Assembly: GCA_965285935.1 (NCBI GenBank)
Contig: OZ260663.1
Location: 86,180,001 to 86,244,000 of the forward strand
Source of the DNA: Ophelia neglecta
Lineage: Eukaryota
Direction of reading: 5' to 3'
DNA: 64,000 nucleotides
In this document: piece after piece, positions 62,146-64,000 of the stretch
Layout: each line of letters starts with the position of its first letter
How positions within the stretch are numbered: position 1 is the stretch's first letter
Notes under the pieces: generated by a model
Databases searched by the model: none
Seen by the model: only the letters and a program-made list of their open reading frames with translations
What the model was told of the DNA's origin: nothing
Made by a program: the position numbers and the translations under genes

Positions 62146-64000
62146 TGTTACTGGGATGCCAATCAGTGTGTATATCAAAGGCCCCGGCCGCAGACCGCTG
62201 ATAAATTGCATTAGAATTCGTCACCTCTAGCCCGAGAGACACTTCACACAAGGGGAGCTCCGCACACCTGCACATTAACATATACCCATCTGGTTAGAGT
62301 AGCTAGTTAGCATATACATATATGTGGGAAAGGGGGGACCTGTTGAAAGAATGGTACATATCTCTATGCAACCGAAAAACTAATTAGCAATTGAAATAAC
62401 TATAATACGAATAAAATATTCTCATATGTAAATACATTATTAAAATGAGACATTGTTGCCTTATAATCTGCGATTAGGCCTCGTTACACTGGTCTTATTT
62501 TATGCGCCTTAATGCATTGTTATCCTTTAAAATGCAATTTTACAGTTTGTGTAAAGCAATTAAACATTTCATTATATAAAAGTGTAAATAGGGTATAGAA
62601 TTGTCTGCTTGTAATACTCCCAGTGCAGTAAATGCAAGCGGAATACCTGCAGACCCCCCCCCCCCTCCAGAACCCCCCCCCCCCCCCTCCCTCGAGCCAC
62701 CTCACACACAAGTAAAGGTAGACCGCAAGCCCTTTACACTATTGTAGCTACTTATAATTCTGGCGCCAGCTAGGCTCAGCCCTAACCAAAATAAATACTT
62801 ATAAACATGCTTTAAAACCACCCCGGGAGGCTCTAAAACCGCCGAGTACACAGTGAATTGGCGACAGAGCGACTCTATCACCGTCGCGCTATACATCGCA
62901 ATCCAATTGTAAAGTCTACCCTCTCGGCGGCATTCTCAGGCCGGTAGGTTATTAAGCTATGCAGGTGTGCGGGCCATTGTAAAAGCATGGGAAAACTGCG
63001 CCAAGTTAAATATCTCATTGTCCTACTAGCTGGGGGTAAGAGGAATTAATCACCATTGCCGAGAATATTTTGTATAATGAATAGCTAAGTATCAAAATGG
63101 CAATTTGAATGTCCGGCAGGAACAAGGCTACGTGTCCTAAAGAGCAATGGAGAGGCTCAATTGGGAAAGTATTGTTCTCAACAACAATTAGATACTTAAA
63201 GGTTGTGTGCATCGCCCCGGATTTAATTGGTGCTCGTTAATTTATTGTAGTTTCCTGGACGTAATCACAATTAAAGTGTCTTGGGGCATAATGTTATATT
63301 AAAGGCCCATATTTAATAGTATCAATTATTTATACAACTGTATAGAGACCTCCACACCTGGATTCATCAGGTTGTGACCGTGGCGTTTTGACATCAGGTG
63401 AACTTTTTAAACAGCCATTCAATATCTTTTTTGGACAAGCAAAGCTTGATTAATAATAAAAATTAGCATTTAATTACATATGGCATTGACAACTTACATA
63501 TTCATGTCATTTTTTATTGCTTTTTGTGACTACTCGATGCTGAGGCGTGCTGGGAGCGAAGTAAATTGTACGCCGACAACTTAAATTATATTTCCCTGCT
63601 CACATTGCCTTTTGTCATTATCATTTTATACACTTATATATAAATCACACATAAGTTTTGATCGAGGTATATACATGAACCATTATGCTATTTTCTTCAC
63701 AAACAGTTATAACTACAAATAGCCAGACTGGAGACCGACATAACTTTGTTTTTTAATCATTCATTCTTTGATCAGTGATATAACCATGCAGAGAACAGCA
63801 TATGGGCATACGCAATATTGCAAATTAAAAGGTAACAATCGTCCAAATAAATACTGGCAAATGTTTTAAAAATATGTATGTATACGCATTTATAAACGTT
63901 TTACACATTTAATCGTGTGGTAGTTTCTAATATTGATAGTATACTTTTACCTGTGTGATTACATACAATAATATTCATAGCAAGTGGGTATATATTACTG

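Overview
AT-rich eukaryotic DNA from an invertebrate; a lophotrochozoan or other marine invertebrate is inferred from the repeat families and is not certain. The left part (about 0.1-38 kb) is a tandem array of five intact, intronless class A (rhodopsin-like) GPCR genes on the + strand, in the order A, B, C, B', C'. B'-C' comes from a near-identical ~14.78 kb tandem duplication. All five receptors keep the Na+-pocket and disulfide residues, but the canonical activation switches are replaced (DRY to ETY, Y5.58F, W6.48A, NPxxY to NPxxF), and the paralogues differ at pocket-facing positions. The spacers hold a tRNA-derived SINE nested in an antisense tRNA-like element, a 5'-truncated LINE with 14-bp TSDs, an internally deleted IS630/Tc1-mariner element, and TA-flanked MITEs. 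The middle (38-57 kb) has no credible gene; it contains a 47-bp minisatellite, a decayed CR1/L2-type LINE and a 136-N gap. The right end holds a three-exon Id/extramacrochaetae HLH gene on the - strand with a clear core promoter and an upstream Smad-CRE-Smad module resembling the vertebrate Id1 BMP-response enhancer. All calls were made by eye from the sequence; no database searches were run.
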